Shown: positions 13,976 to 26,616 of the stretch, one piece after another
How the letters are laid out: every line of letters begins with the position of its first letter
How positions within the stretch are numbered: position 1 is the first letter of the stretch
Assembly: GCA_003971905.1 (NCBI GenBank)
Contig: RSEE01000060.1
Span: forward strand, 186,001-250,000
Direction: 5' to 3'
DNA: 64,000 nt
DNA from: Moniliella sp. 'wahieum'
Lineage: Eukaryota
The notes under the pieces: model-generated
What the model was told of the DNA's origin: nothing
The model's database searches: none
The model's input: the letters and a program-made list of their open reading frames with translations, nothing else
Position numbers and translations under genes: made by a program

Positions 13976-15219
13976 TTAGGGGGCTAATAGCTCTGGGTGC
14001 TGAACGTAGCATTCCGCATCGGAGTGACCAGGGACTTTGTGGTGCGAGCAAAACTTAGTACGCCGTTGGCTGTGTGGCTTTGCTTTCGTCCTCTTTGGGC
14101 GAGGGATGTAGTGGTTGGTCAAGGCAAAAGTAGAAACCAGGTCTCCACCGAGACCGAGAGAGTAGAGCCTCGGTACGGGACTGACCGGAATTATGGTGCT
14201 GACGCAGCACAAAACGGCCTCCGGTAGGACATCAAGCAAGCGCCGCCATGCGTCCTCCTCCAACGAAACGCCATAGCCCGCTCCCTGCTGCACCAAGCAT
14301 TCCAATCGACCGTTGAACTGGGCCGCATTTTCCCCCGTGCGCGGAGCCAGGGTCTCGATCCGGTTCCGGAGCTGGCGCTCACGTTCGGCGGGCGAAGGCA
14401 CGTACGCAGAACTAAGCAGAGTGGTGTATATCTTGTGGGCAGAGATCGCGTAGAACGTGTCAGATAATTCCTCGCTCAGTGCGCCATAAGAGCGGGAGGC
14501 AGTAACTGGTCAATGTAATGCTGCTCTGGGGTAGTGGGGCCATCCACCACGATCCCCCGAAACCCGTGAAGGAGCAGCACCCGACGAAGTTCCCTGTCAA
14601 AGTCTAACCACGTCGTGGGGTCCCCCGTAAACTTGGTAATCTTGGCTACATGCACCGCCTCAATAGCATCTTTCACGAATAAAACAGAGAAGATATCGTC
14701 CTGGGAGGACGGGGCCGGGAGGGACGCATCAGAGGGCGGCTGGTGCGGGCCAATAGGCAGAGCAGTCGCACAGAGAGTGCTTACCGATATCGCACTGGAA
14801 CTCTGTACAGACGTCACACTGGGACTGCGTTCAAATGTCACACTGGGACGGCTTGCCCACACAGATTCCGGTCCAAACAGGGCTTCCACGATGGAGACGC
14901 TGTGAGGCGCCTCTTGAGGGTGCTCAACAGTGAGGAAAAGTAAGAAGAGGAACTTTGTCTGCGCATCGCCACTGCGGAAAGCCGCTAGAGCCGATGCGCC
15001 GCTGTACCCATGGGACGCTTGAAGGTACGCGAGGAAGGGGGGAATGAGGGAGAAAGGGTCCGTCCTTGGGCTGGCTGTGGCGGTTCGGGGTGGGACTGAC
15101 GTGTCGATCGGGGCGGCGGACGTGCAACGAGAGCCAGTAGGTGCGGAGACAGTGTCCATGGCTTGGGTGTTTTTGGCATTGCCATGGGCCAGAGGGTGTG
15201 CATACCCCAAGTGGGCCAT
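13976..15219 (-). mobile_element. Ty1/copia-type gag-like gene with zinc knuckle; no pol or LTR seen
   Basis: ITKFTGDPTTWLDFDRELRRVLLLHG (copia gag N-terminal-like). After one frameshift near 14490 it reads YGALSEELSDTFYAISAHKIYTTLLSSAYVPSPAERERQLRNRIETL..GENAAQFNGRL (UBN2-like), then CSHHKVPGHSDAEC followed by a stop. Confidence 0.7.
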
Positions 15220-15442
15220 GATGGGGTTGGGTGGGGTGGGTGGGCGGCGTCAACGGTGAGGGGTGAGGTGTTAGATGGTAGATGGATTCCAGAAGAAGCG
15301 TGTGCATAGGGGCAGGCTACAAAGGGGAGAGCAGCACGAGGATTACGTAAGGTATTTGCGGTATTTGCCATCTCGTCACGCCGACCCCCAATCCCCACTC
15401 ACTAGCTCACTCTTCTGCATCGGGTGTCCCCCACGCATTAAA

Positions 15443-17788
15443 TTAGTCTGCCATCACCACTTTCTCCAGCTCGGCTAGCTCGGCAAGGGCCTCGTCCGTA
15501 GCCCCCGCACTGGCCCGCGTACCCAGGGCGGTCTGCAGATGCTTCCTCCCAGCTCGCAAAGCCTCCAGCGTTGTCCCCCGCTCCTCGTCCCAGACGACCG
15601 ACGGCATCGCCCGCAGCGCACCCGCACTGGCCCGCACTACCTTGGCGTTCCCGCCCGCAGCAAGATTACTTTCCAGCGCCCGATGCAGCTCCCTCAGCTC
15701 AGGGTAGACGCATAGTGCACCCCCCTGAGCCTGGACCGCACGCTGCGCGGCCGCCGCTGCGTTCCAACGCATCTTTGGCGTTCGGGACTGCACAGCGACC
15801 GAGAGTTGGTGCAGCGCATAGCCCACTCGTTCATCTTTTCCCCCAAAACGGCAGAGCAGCTGTCCCGTTGCGCGCACGGCATTCGTGCCCACCCGTTCGG
15901 AGAGCAAGATCCAGGGACTGACCAGAGCAAGAAGGGACACGTCCACCGCGATCGGAGCTTCGAGCGTATTGGCCATTGCCCAGGTCAGCTGCGCGGCCAT
16001 TTCCAATTGGGCAGGGTCGCGTTGGACGGAAGTGGTAACGTCCGTGGCGTGCGAGAGGAGAATGGTCCAGCTGACTTGCAGCACACGTTGGTCGGTGGAA
16101 GTCAAGGGCGAAGGCGTAGAGAGGAGGGTCTGCGCCTCGACGCCAAGGGTATGGAATACGCCGCCGCGCACTCTTGCGGAGCGGAGGGGGTCGGTGAACC
16201 AACGGAGACAATGTAAGACTTGGTCCGTATCGATGTGGTATGCAAGGAGTAACCGTGCTCCACACTGTCCTGCCAACTGTTGCGATTCGGCCGGCACCGG
16301 GCTACCGAGACACGTCTGCATCGTGGCCAGCGCATGCCGTGCCAAACTTGCGTGGGAAAAGGGCCAGCGATGCTGCATTGAGCTCCACAGTGCGCGCAAT
16401 GCCCATTCCCCCGGACTCGCCTGCTCCACTTGATGCAAGAAAACAAGCTTGTTGCGCCTCGGTCCACACGGGAAGCCCCACCAACGCCGTGAGAAACGTC
16501 CATCCATCTTCGTCTCTCCCTTGGAACGAGGCCAAGGCGTCGTCAGAACCTGGGGAAGCACAGTGGGCTGAGCAGACTCCTCCCCCAACACCTTGAGCAA
16601 CTCCCATGCCCGGACAGCCACCACGGGAGGCGCTTCGTTCACGACCTTGGTCAGCGCCGGCGCAAGAACCGTACGGTGCGGGACCTTGAGCTTGACTTTG
16701 CTGGCCTTACGGATCAGTACCTCTGCCACATCGAGATAGGCCAAGGTCAACTTGGTCGGCCCTTGGATCGTCTGTTCCACCCCCGCTGCCGCGGCGGCAC
16801 GAATGGAGACGAGGACCAACGCGGCCTGCGCAGAAAGCGAGGTGAATGCATATCCTTTCCAGACCTGATGGGAAAACAGTTAGTTAGAGCAAAGCAAACG
16901 ACCAGCGAGGTGCGCAGACATGGGGGGGTATTCACCTTTCGTCGGCCAGTTGAAGGTACTTTCCCGCCTGGGCCGCAAGCAACAAGGCGTGAATGCACTG
17001 CACGGCGCTCAATCGAACGGGGGTCGAAGGGTCCTCCAAGCCCATTTGGAGCAGACTTAGCTTGGCCTTTGGGCGGGAAGAGGAACGACCAATACCCATC
17101 CCCATTCCCATTCCCATTCCCATTCCCATCACGCCGGCAGATGGGCTCGCTCGTCCCCGCGGAGAGGGGAGCGTCCCTACCAGTTGGGGCAAATGCGCAA
17201 ACAGGGACCGGGGTGCAGATGCACACCAGGCTGAGATGCAAGCCACAATGTGAGAGCGTACCGCACGCTTGAGCGTGGCGACATTGACATTGACGTTAGC
17301 GTTGGCGTTGGCGTTAGCGTTGGCGTTAGCGTTGGCGTTGGCGTTGGATTCCTCCCGCTCGTCTTGGTCCACGGCAAATGCATACGCGTCCGACCAAGCT
17401 TGCACCGCATCGGCCGTGTCGAGGGGAGAGAAGCTAAGTCCAGGAACGGACAGCGCAGCCCCTGGACGCGCATCACGCGGCCAAACTGCGGGCTAGCGTC
17501 GTAGTCGCCACCTCGGGCGAAGGGAGACGCAGGAGGTGTGTACCCGCGCCGCGGCCTGCACCACCACGTACCGACCTGCTCCAGGTCGGGCGCGGGGAGC
17601 GTGCGGACCACCGCGGCGCACGCCGACCGCAGCTTCTCCCCGGGCGGAAGGGAGAGCGCTTCTTGCAACACAGCGCGCGTGGCGGCGGCAGAGGGGACCT
17701 GCTCCCTGCTCATCCCGGCGGGCGACCAGAAGGACTGCCCATGGGCTGGGCGCGAGCGAGTGGGATTGGCCCAGCCAGCATCAGCCAT
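15443..17788 (-). CDS. HEAT-repeat protein 6 (HEATR6/DUF4042)-like
   Basis: RVGTNAVRATG, PKMRWNAAAA and NAKVVRASAGAL resemble HEATR6 C-terminal motifs (KVRWNA, NFKVR). Intron 16865-16935. Frameshifted; start approximate. Confidence 0.7.
17281..17347. repeat. (GCGTTR)n hexamer repeat encoding (Asn-Ala)n in the HEATR6-like gene
   Basis: Read directly; ORF 16932-17405 reads SNANANANANANANANVNVNV. Confidence 0.9.
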
Positions 17789-18931
17789 CCCCGCCAAGTG
17801 GGACGCGAGGCAGCGGAATGGCGCTTGGGGGCGGAATGGCACCTCGAGGGAATGGACTTGCCAGTCCAGCCTGGACTTCAGGCTGTTCTTCACGTGCTGC
17901 CGCACGTGATGCGTCCCCACACCCCGTCGTGGAAGCCACCGCTGTAGCAGGCTGGAGCTCGTGTGCAATGCGAATCAACTCCCATCTGCGCCAGCTACAG
18001 GCTTGCAATGGGTTAAACGTTAAGGACCTGTGTGCACACAAGAGGAAAGGGAAGAGTCAACGAAAGCGTTTTGGTCCCTGGCGAAAGAATGATGGAGGGA
18101 ACGAGGCGGGATGCTTTCTGTATTCAGGCACGCGCTCATGTGAGCTGTGATGCCGTACCAGGTCCACGGGGGATTCTATATGCCTGTGGTTGCTACCTAC
18201 ACGTTGTGTTGCACTCGTCTCACGACCAAAAACGCTGGCGCCGCTGTCGTCGACTGTGCTGCGCAGGACGAATGAATACTGGGTTTAGACTGTCGGCCGT
18301 TGGCCCCATAGATACCTGGTCAATGTCGTTAGTCCAGCCCAAGTTGGGAGTGTTCGGGAGGACCCAAGGCAGGAGGAGGGGATGATGCGTGAAGCTTGAA
18401 GTTCGGCCTGTGCTGGGAGGGGCTGTGGCAGAATGCATGTGTGCGGCAGGGGAAAAAAAAAAGGTTGAACGTTGATGGATGGAGGAAGGGGGGGGAGCTG
18501 GTGGTTGATGGCGGTGTGGGAGGTTGCGAGAATGAGAGAGAGGAGGCTCCGTTGGCCACGTGCTGTGTGCGAGTGTTGGGATGCGAGTGCGCCAGGGCTG
18601 GCCAGCGCCTGCCAATGTAGGGGCTGGCATCCCGGTGCAAGGGGCTCAGTGAGCGGTGAGCGGTGAGTAGGGGACTAGTACTAAAACCTTAGTGGGTGCT
18701 ACGACTCGCTGGGATGGGGCGGGAGCCCAGACAGTGGCGGTGGGCGTTGCTGGGTGGATGGAGAGGAGGTGGCTGGGCTGCCCAACCCATTCTACGCTCT
18801 GGGCGCGGGTGGCCCGGTGCCCCCTGGCGCGGTGCGTGCGCGAGGAATTCGATTGGATCGGGTTGGCGTGGGTTGTGGAGAAGACGGAGGTTGCTACGCT
18901 TTCAGTTGCAACTGACTAGCTTCAGCGGGCG

Positions 18932-18983
18932 TTATCATATCCTATCTTTGTCTCAGCCCGACATCCCGAACACGCGCGATAAG
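18932..18983. promoter_or_regulatory. Cluster of three GATA (AreA/Nit2-type) sites upstream of the ammonium transporter
   Basis: TTATCA 18932-18937, CTATCT 18942-18947 and GATAAG 18978-18983, about 800 bp upstream of the Mep ATG in otherwise GC-rich DNA. Confidence 0.45.
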
Positions 18984-19789
18984 GGCTGGGCAGGCACGGG
19001 CGCAGAGCAGGAGATTTCCGAAGCCAGCCACCGGAAAAACAGCAGGCGGGCTGGGCGATGATCGATCGATGAGAGCGTGGGCCTGAGGCTCAGGAGACTG
19101 GTTGCCTGGCCAGGAAGATCGAGGCGGCCCGCACCACGCCGCACCTGGCAGCATCCCCCCTGTCCCGCTCGTTCGTCCGCCTCCCGTCGCCAGCAACCCA
19201 GCAGCTAGCCAACTCGAGCTGAGCAGGGCAGAACAAATCCGGTGGGGCTTGGAGCTTTGGCACTGTCTCGACAGCCGAGGCAGCCGGGCGCTCGGGGCCA
19301 GACCTCCAAGTCGCACGGGGGCAGCACAGTGTGTGTCTCCAGCGCCTTCAGCTTCAGCCTGCCAGGTACGGTGGCATGGTGGCCTGTGCCATCCGCCCTC
19401 GCTGCTGCGGCTGCTCAGTGCTTTCCCCGCCATCGACACAGTTCCGCCGTTTCCCCCGTTGCGTGCGGGGACAGTGGGGACAGCCAACCCGACGGCCAAA
19501 CTTGCTGTGCAATTTCGCCACTCCTCGCAGGCCGCAGCCGCAGGGGAGCAAGACAGAGCCCAGTTGCTTGATGAATTCCTCTAAATCACCTCCACCCCCT
19601 CGGCCACCCTCCTTCTTTCCGCCCTGGCCCGTCATCGACATTTGCACATCCGCTGCAGCACGCTTGCCGTTGACGTTGCCGCTGTCTCTGTTGTTGCTGT
19701 TGCTGTGTGCGATTGCACTTGCCCTTGTTGCCTCTGCCCCTGCATCTGCATCTGTTGGTACCCCCCACCCTGCACCTTTTCCTCCTCCA

Positions 19790-21501
19790 ATGGTGAACAT
19801 TACGTGCGTACTGCTTGCTGCTTTTGCAACCCCCGACCGTGGGCCCTTGATGACCCGATCATCTACAGCTATGGGCTGCTATATGCCCCCGATGGAACGG
19901 TCAACACGTCCGTCTCTCTCGGCGCAGGGAACAGACATGATTGTCACCTACGGAGACGGTCAGATTGCCGCCTATAGTCCCGGCGACATTGCCTGGGTCC
20001 TCACCTGCACTGCCCTGGTCTGGCTCATGATTCCCGGACTGGGCTATCTGTACTCCGGTCTGGCCCGGCGCAAAAATGCACTCCACCTGCTCATGATCAC
20101 CATTGTTGCGCTTGCCATGTGACGCTGCAGTGGTCCTGGGTGGCTACTCGCTTGTCTTTGCCCCAAATCGTCCAACTTTTGGGGGACGTTGACCAAACTT
20201 TGGGTTATGCATGTCCTTGAAGAGCCCGTCGCTGCTGCCAAATAACAAGTTGCCCAACATTGTGTTCTCCATGTACGAGGTATGTCCCCCGCCTTTGGTC
20301 TCCTAACCGTAATCTCCTCGATGAACTGGGCTGACATGAAGATGCAATCCAGCTCATGTTGCCTGTCTGGTGCCGGCCATTGCGTTGGGGCCGCCTGCGA
20401 CCGGGCGCGTCTCTGGCCCTTTTTCATCTTCACCTTCTTTTGGACCACATTCGTGTACGACCCGACCATGTGGATTTGGAATCCGAACGGGTGGGCGTCA
20501 AGTGGGCGTTCTGGACTACGCCGGTGGTGGTCCCGTCGAAATCAGTAGTGGAATTACGGGAACGGTCATCTCCATCTACCTCGGTCATCGGTACGGCTAC
20601 GGAACGGAAAAGTTGCTGTTTAAACCGCACAGTGTCTCCAACGTTGTTCCTGGGCACGGTCCTGCTCTGGTCGGCTGGCTCGGATTTAATGGTGGCTCCA
20701 CTTTTGCTGCCAACCTGCGTGCCGGCATGGCCATTGCGACGACCAACTTGGCTGGCTCGGTGGCCGGGTTGACCTGGATGGTGATGGGACTACCGTTTGG
20801 AACGCAAATGGTCGTTGTTGGGTTTTGCACCGGTGCCATTGCGGGCTTGGTCGCCATCACACCAGCTGCTGGGTTGTTGGCATGCCAGCTGCGCTGTTGA
20901 TTGGGTCGTGGCTGCGTTTGCTGTAACGTGCACCGGGCTGAAAAATCTGGTTCGGGTGGACGATGCGATGGATGTGTTTGCCGTCCACGCCTTGGCCGGC
21001 GTGATTGGCCTGCTTCTCACAGGCATCTTTGCCCAAAAGAGCGTGGCTAACAATGATGGTTACCTCGCCATCAAGGGCGGTTGGCTCGATGGCCACTTTG
21101 TCCAGCTGCCATTGCAACTGGCCTGGTGCGCTGTCACCATTGCTGGAACGTCGTCGTCACGTCCTTCTCCTCTTGTGATTGACACACCCTACATTGGCCC
21201 TTCCGCCTCGGAGCTGGGCGAGATTGTGGGCATGGATGTGGATCAATGCGGTGAGGCAGCGTACGACTTGACGAGGCACTGGAGACTGAGCTCTCGCACC
21301 GCATTAGTCGGATCGAGTCGCGTGCACCTCGGGATGTGGAGAAGTCAGCCGGGAGCGAGGGGACCGAACCGGATCGCAAGCAACCGCCTGCCTCTGTTCG
21401 TACCTACCACACCGACGTACCCCAACCACACCACAGCGTCCAAGCCCCTTCGTCAGATGCGACTGAGATTCACCCTCAATCTCAAGACGCCTGAGCCCTG
21501 A
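19790..21501 (+). CDS. MEP: Ammonium transporter (Mep/Amt family), Glu-His type
   Basis: GDIAWVLTCTALVWLMIPGLGYLYSGLARRKNAL, FFWTTFVYDP, LDYAGGGPVEISSG, GWLGFNGGS, GAIAGLVAITP, VDDAMDVFAVHALAG. Intron 19804-19868. Frameshifted; end approximate. Confidence 0.95.
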
Positions 21502-21786
21502 GCCTGAGCTTCAGCCTGAAGTTCACGGCTCTCCTTTCTTTTTCCTCTACTGAGCTTCACGGATCTTCCTGCCTGCCTTCTTCCTTGTTGCTTCTTACCT
21601 TACGACCTTCGTGGCTTGATTCCCCCCCCCCTCTTTCCGCTTTTCTCTTTTTGTCTTTCTTCTGCTTCTACCTTTGACTTGGGTCTACTTGGGTCGGGCC
21701 CACTTCACCCCCGCGCCTTCTCTGCGTCCTGTTCAATGTCACCTCAAATTGAGTTGGACGTTCAGCGCTCAGCCCAGCCAGCACCC

Positions 21787-21832
21787 GATCCTACCCGATC
21801 CTACCCGATCCTGCCCGGTCCTACCCGGTCCC
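21787..21832. repeat. (GATCCTACCC)n decamer repeat
   Basis: About 4.5 imperfect copies downstream of the Mep gene. Confidence 0.8.
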
Positions 21833-22399
21833 AAACCCCATCCAACCCATTCCGGTCCTATCCTATCCATGCCAATCAATTCGATCCAAGCCAATCTACC
21901 TCAGCCTCCAACCCCCTCCCAGCCAACCCAAGCCAACCCCTCCACTTTTCGGGCCGCTATTTATCACGCATTTGCTCTGTTCCTTCTGTGTGTGCCTTGC
22001 GGGGTGCGATGCGAATGCGCACCTCCCATTTTCAGATGGACGAACTAGGTGTGCCGTTCGGGAGGAAAGTGCTGAGGCTGTTCGGTTGCTCCCTCCCTGT
22101 TGCTGGTAGACGTGTGTAGAGGGAGGCCGCGTACGCTGGGACGGGTGGGATTTGGCTCGGGGGCAGTGTACTTGCTGTGTGCTGGGGGCGGGAAGCTAAG
22201 GCAAGGACTGAGTCTCAGTACGACTGGAGGACCGGAGGGGGAGAGTAGCATGGAGTGAAATTTCAATGGCTATTCCGGCGGGGCCACCTACAATTCCGCC
22301 GGCGCACGCGTCGTCAGTCGCTCGGCCCAGTGGCATCCCCTAGGCCCAGGCCCAACTGCCACCTGCACCGCTACCCCTTTCCCCCCCGCCTCTGCCACC

Positions 22400-23372
22400 A
22401 TGTTGTCCGTGCTCAAGCAGCTCAACGGCCCCGCCCGCGCCACCAGCGCAGCCGCCATCCAGGCCCCGCTCACCTGGCATCGACTCCTTTCCCTGCCCTC
22501 CACGACCCGGCTGGCTTCCTCGCCGACTACACCGACAACGATTCCTCCAACCCAATGCCCGATCAAGCTCGCTCACGGCACACCACCCTCCTTCCCTTCC
22601 AGGGCGGCATCATCGTTGCGGTCGACTCGCGTGCCACAGCTGGATCGTACGTTCTTCCCCCTCCGTTTTGCTGCGCTCGGTAGAACCCCCACCCCCACCC
22701 TGTTCCCCCCTGCTGACAAGGAATCGAATCTGGTGGCTGGATGGACAGGTACGTGGCTTCAGGCACGGTCAAGAAGGTGATCGAGATCAAACCCTTATCC
22801 TGGGCACGATGGGGGTGGTGCGGCCGACTGCTTTTACTGGGAGACCAAGGGTGGCGTGCAGTGCGGTTGCGAGATGCGCAACGGCGAGCGGATCTCGGTG
22901 GCGGCCGCATCCAAAGTACCTGAGAACTGGTGTATGGGTACAAGGGTATGGGTCTTTCGATGGGCACGATGATTTGTGGGTGGGACAAGACGGCCGGCTC
23001 TGTTTTACGTGGACTCGGATGGATCGCGGTTGAAGGGGACTTGTTCTCCGTCGGGTCCGGGTCGACGTTTGCCTATGGCGTGCTGGACCAAGGGTACCGT
23101 TGGGATTGACTGATGCCGAGGCCCAGGAGCTCGGACGGCGGTCGATTTATGCGGCCACGCATCGGGATGCGTATTCCGGCAACTCGATCAACCTCTACCA
23201 TGTGCGGGAGAATGGGTGGGAGTTTATCAACAACTACATTGTCCAGGACTTGCACTACAATGGTGCCGGCTCGGCGCTCGGCTCGGACGGAAAGCCATAT
23301 GGCTACGAGGTGGTCAACGAGGGAAAGACGAGCTCCCTGGCTCCTGAACAGGCCGCCGAAACGTCTGCCTAA
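22400..23372 (+). CDS. PRE2: 20S proteasome subunit beta5 (chymotrypsin-like)
   Basis: Propeptide junction [69 protein letters not shown]. Intron 22647-22748. Confidence 0.96.
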
Positions 23373-23880
23373 ACGTGCCAAATTCAAGTCCCCCTGTGAA
23401 GAAGGCTGGTGAGGTGGTGTGTGGCTGGGGTGCATCCGCAGTAGATAGCGGCGTGGCGTGGCGTGGTGTTGGCAGTCGGGGAACGATGGTGAGAGCATGG
23501 GAAGGGGTAGACGGGGGAGGACATGGGTTTGGCATCCGTGGCTGGCGGTGAACGGCTTGAAGCGTGAAGCTTGATTGCTAGTGCAGAGGGGGGATGTCAG
23601 AGGCCAGTGATTAATGGTTACCGGTTACGGTTAACGAAACGGCGGGCCGCAGCAGGGCGGAATCGCGGCGATCCTAGGCAGATCCACTGCGCGTTGCGCG
23701 CGTTACAACGTAGAAATTCCTGCCCCAGGCCAGAGTACCCAGTTAGTGAGTGGGCTAATGCGGCGCTGTCGCTTCCTTTCTTGGAGCTTCTCCACCACCT
23801 GCCTACCCTCCACCTCTCCCTGCCACCTCTCCCTCACCGCGATCCTTCTCAACCCTCTCTTCTTTCGCTAGCCCGGACCT

Positions 23881-26010
23881 ATGGCAGAGCCTAGCGTTCC
23901 CACGTCTCCCGAACCGGCCCCACCAATGGTGCACCAACTGCTTCTCCCCGTGCGGCCGAGGAAGCAGCCCTGCACCTCTCCAGTGCGGGTGGATGGCAAA
24001 GCGGCTCAACTCGTGATGGACGACGAGCTGCTGTACGTCTTTCGCGGCGCGCCGAGCGTTGCTTCCAAGCTCACATGGACTCGTACGTCTCCCCCCACGA
24101 CGCAACGAGGTGCGCAAGCTTCCCCACCGAATCACTAACGTTCCTCTAGCCTCGCTGCTGGACCAAGTTGCCATTGCCGTGCCGCACTTTTTGGTGCTCA
24201 ACACTCAGTCGTGACGATGTGGATGGGGCGACGCTGTTGATCCGTACCCTGGCCCCACGCCCAGGGAGCAAAAAAGTGGCCACGTGGTTGAAACAGCGCG
24301 TGCTGGCTGCGCCTCGGCCTGCGTCGAGTGGCGCGCCTTCCCACGTGCTCTGGACGGGGGACGAAAGGGTACGCCGTTGTTGACTGGACCGTTTGCTAAG
24401 CTGCGTCTGGTCACCATCGAGGCACGCGTGGCCCCCAGTGACGTGGAGGCCGCCAAGCAGTTTTCCACCACGTGTTTTGCTCGCGCCTATGTCTCGCCCG
24501 TGACGGGCCAACGGATTCAGCCGTACCGCAAACTTCGCGTGCTGATCAACCCCATGGCGGGCCGGGCAAGCCGCCAAGAATGGCAGGGCAAAGTACGTCC
24601 CATCCTGGAAGCGCCGGGTGCGAAGTGACCCGACGATCACTACCCATCGCAATCACGGGCTGGAAATTGTCATGTCGGAAAAAGAGTTGGGCGACAAGTA
24701 CGATGCGTTGCTGAGTGTGTCGGGGGACGGGATGATGCATGAGATCTTGAATGGCTTGGCGGCACGGAGGACGCGGAAGATGTGCTGAACAAGATTGCTG
24801 TGGTCCCCATTCCGACGGGCAGTGGGAACGCTGCGAGTGTTTCTGCTCGGACCCGTGCAGGGCTTCAACTTGGCCCAGGCGGCATTGAATGCGATCAAAG
24901 GTCATTGGCTCGATATGGAAATTTGCGTCGTGACGCAGCCCGTCCAGGCGGCCAAGACGTCGCCCACCTGCAATCCATGCTCGACCTGGTCGCTCCGCAC
25001 AGGGACCCAACGGCGCCCGCCGCGTCGAGCAGGACGAAAAGAACGGATTCGTACGCTACTACTCTCGTTCCTCTCCCAGGCCGTTGGCTTGATGGCCGAC
25101 CTGGACATTGGAACGGAACATCTTCGCTTGTTGGGGACACGCGCTTCGTCTATGGCTACTTGCAGGGCTCGTGCTCAATGGCCGTACCCCCGTCACGGTC
25201 GATGTCAAAATGGGAGCGAGCGGGACGGTGAATCGGGCCGAGATGCGAAAGCGGGTGCAAGAGCACCAGACCGCTTCGTCGCATCAGTACCAGTCCTTGG
25301 CCGGAACTGGAGGAGGAAAATGAGATGGAACGACGAAGGGGCACTTCGGACCCTGTTCCTTCCTCCGCCAAGGGCATGCTCCACTTGGACCATGGCACGG
25401 TCCTAGACGCCCTGGGGGACGACGCACTGCCTTCGCTCGACCTGGCTGACCCGTCTTGGTCCCCATCGCAAACGTTTTTGGCTGGGTCGGCGCAGAAGGC
25501 CGCAGGGCCCGCGCAGCACCAGGATGGGCTCGACTGCGCAAACCTATCTCGAGCTTGTATGCGGGCAAACTTCCGTATGTGGGACGGGACCTGCTGCAGT
25601 TCCCCTATGCGGTGGCAGGGGACCACTTGCTGGATGTGGCGCTGATGCTGCACGAGGGCGGGCGGATGGGCAAGGTGCGGGCGCGATCAACGGGGCAGAG
25701 ACGGGGGAGGTGGTGTACGATAAGAGCTTGGCGTATGCCAAGGTACAAGCACTCCGCGTCACACCCACCTTGCCCGCGGGCCACACCAAGTTGAAACGGT
25801 GGGATCATCTCGATTGATGGAGAACGCGTGCCCTATGCGCCGTTCCAGGTGGAGGTGGCCAAAGATACCCAGCGCACCTGTCGCTCTACACGGCAACTTT
25901 TTCATGGAGCACCACTACCCGGCGCAGGACGCGTGAGACGACGCATCCTATCCTGCTATCCCTCTATCCAGAATGGGCCTCCAGTGGGGCGGATGGACAA
26001 GGACGATTGA
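23881..26010 (+). CDS. Sphingoid long-chain base kinase (Lcb4/Lcb5/SPHK, DAGK-cat family)
   Basis: RVLINPMAG, LSVSGDGMMHEILNG, PIPTGSGNA, SFLSQAVGLMADLDIGTEHLR, SLYAGKLPYVGRD and IDGERVPYAPFQVEV across several frameshifted ORFs. End approximate. Confidence 0.9.
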
Positions 26011-26616
26011 ATGCACATTCTGCAGCACGCATCCTTGGGTCGCTGGGCGGGGGGGGGGAGGTGACACGGGTCAAACCGTGACTGGGAGATGGCCGGGCAG
26101 AGATGGGTGGTTGTACTTCATGGCCCGCGGCCTGTAGGACGAATGGAGGAAGGGAGGGATGGAGCGTCAACATTCAATAGACGGATGGGTGGGCCGCGCG
26201 CAGCAGCACCAAAAGAGTGCCGGCAGGAGCTGCATCCAGCGCGTGTGGCGCACAGCCGCCCTGCCTGGGAGCACATGCCGATCCCTGATCGTCGATCAGA
26301 TGGATCAATATCAATGCCAAATGCAAGGTGGTACTGAGTGCCGAAGAGTCCCCGTAGCGCCTCGACGGGATGGGCGTGGATTGGATGGGGTTGATTGAGT
26401 TGCAGGGCACCGACCAACCCACTCGGCCCCACCTGGGGCGGCAGGCGCATTCCTTCCCATGCGCCTTGGTCCCGTTGGGGTTGCGCGCGCGCCGTTGGGG
26501 CTGTTGGGCCGGCCCCCCCCTGCGCCGTTCCCGTTGGGGCGCCGCGCGGCCAGGCCGACGACCGCATCCACTGTGCTTCCCGCGTTGTCCTCCTCCCTCG
26601 CCCTCCTCCTCCCACC

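Noticed and set aside
13820..15442. LTR pair or target-site duplication around the gag-like gene
   Set aside because: No matching direct repeats found by eye; only a local 9-bp duplication (GGTATTTGC x2, 15351-15368).
18220..18630. Small minus-strand ORF between HEATR6-like and Mep
   Set aside because: No motif or homology signal I can recognise.
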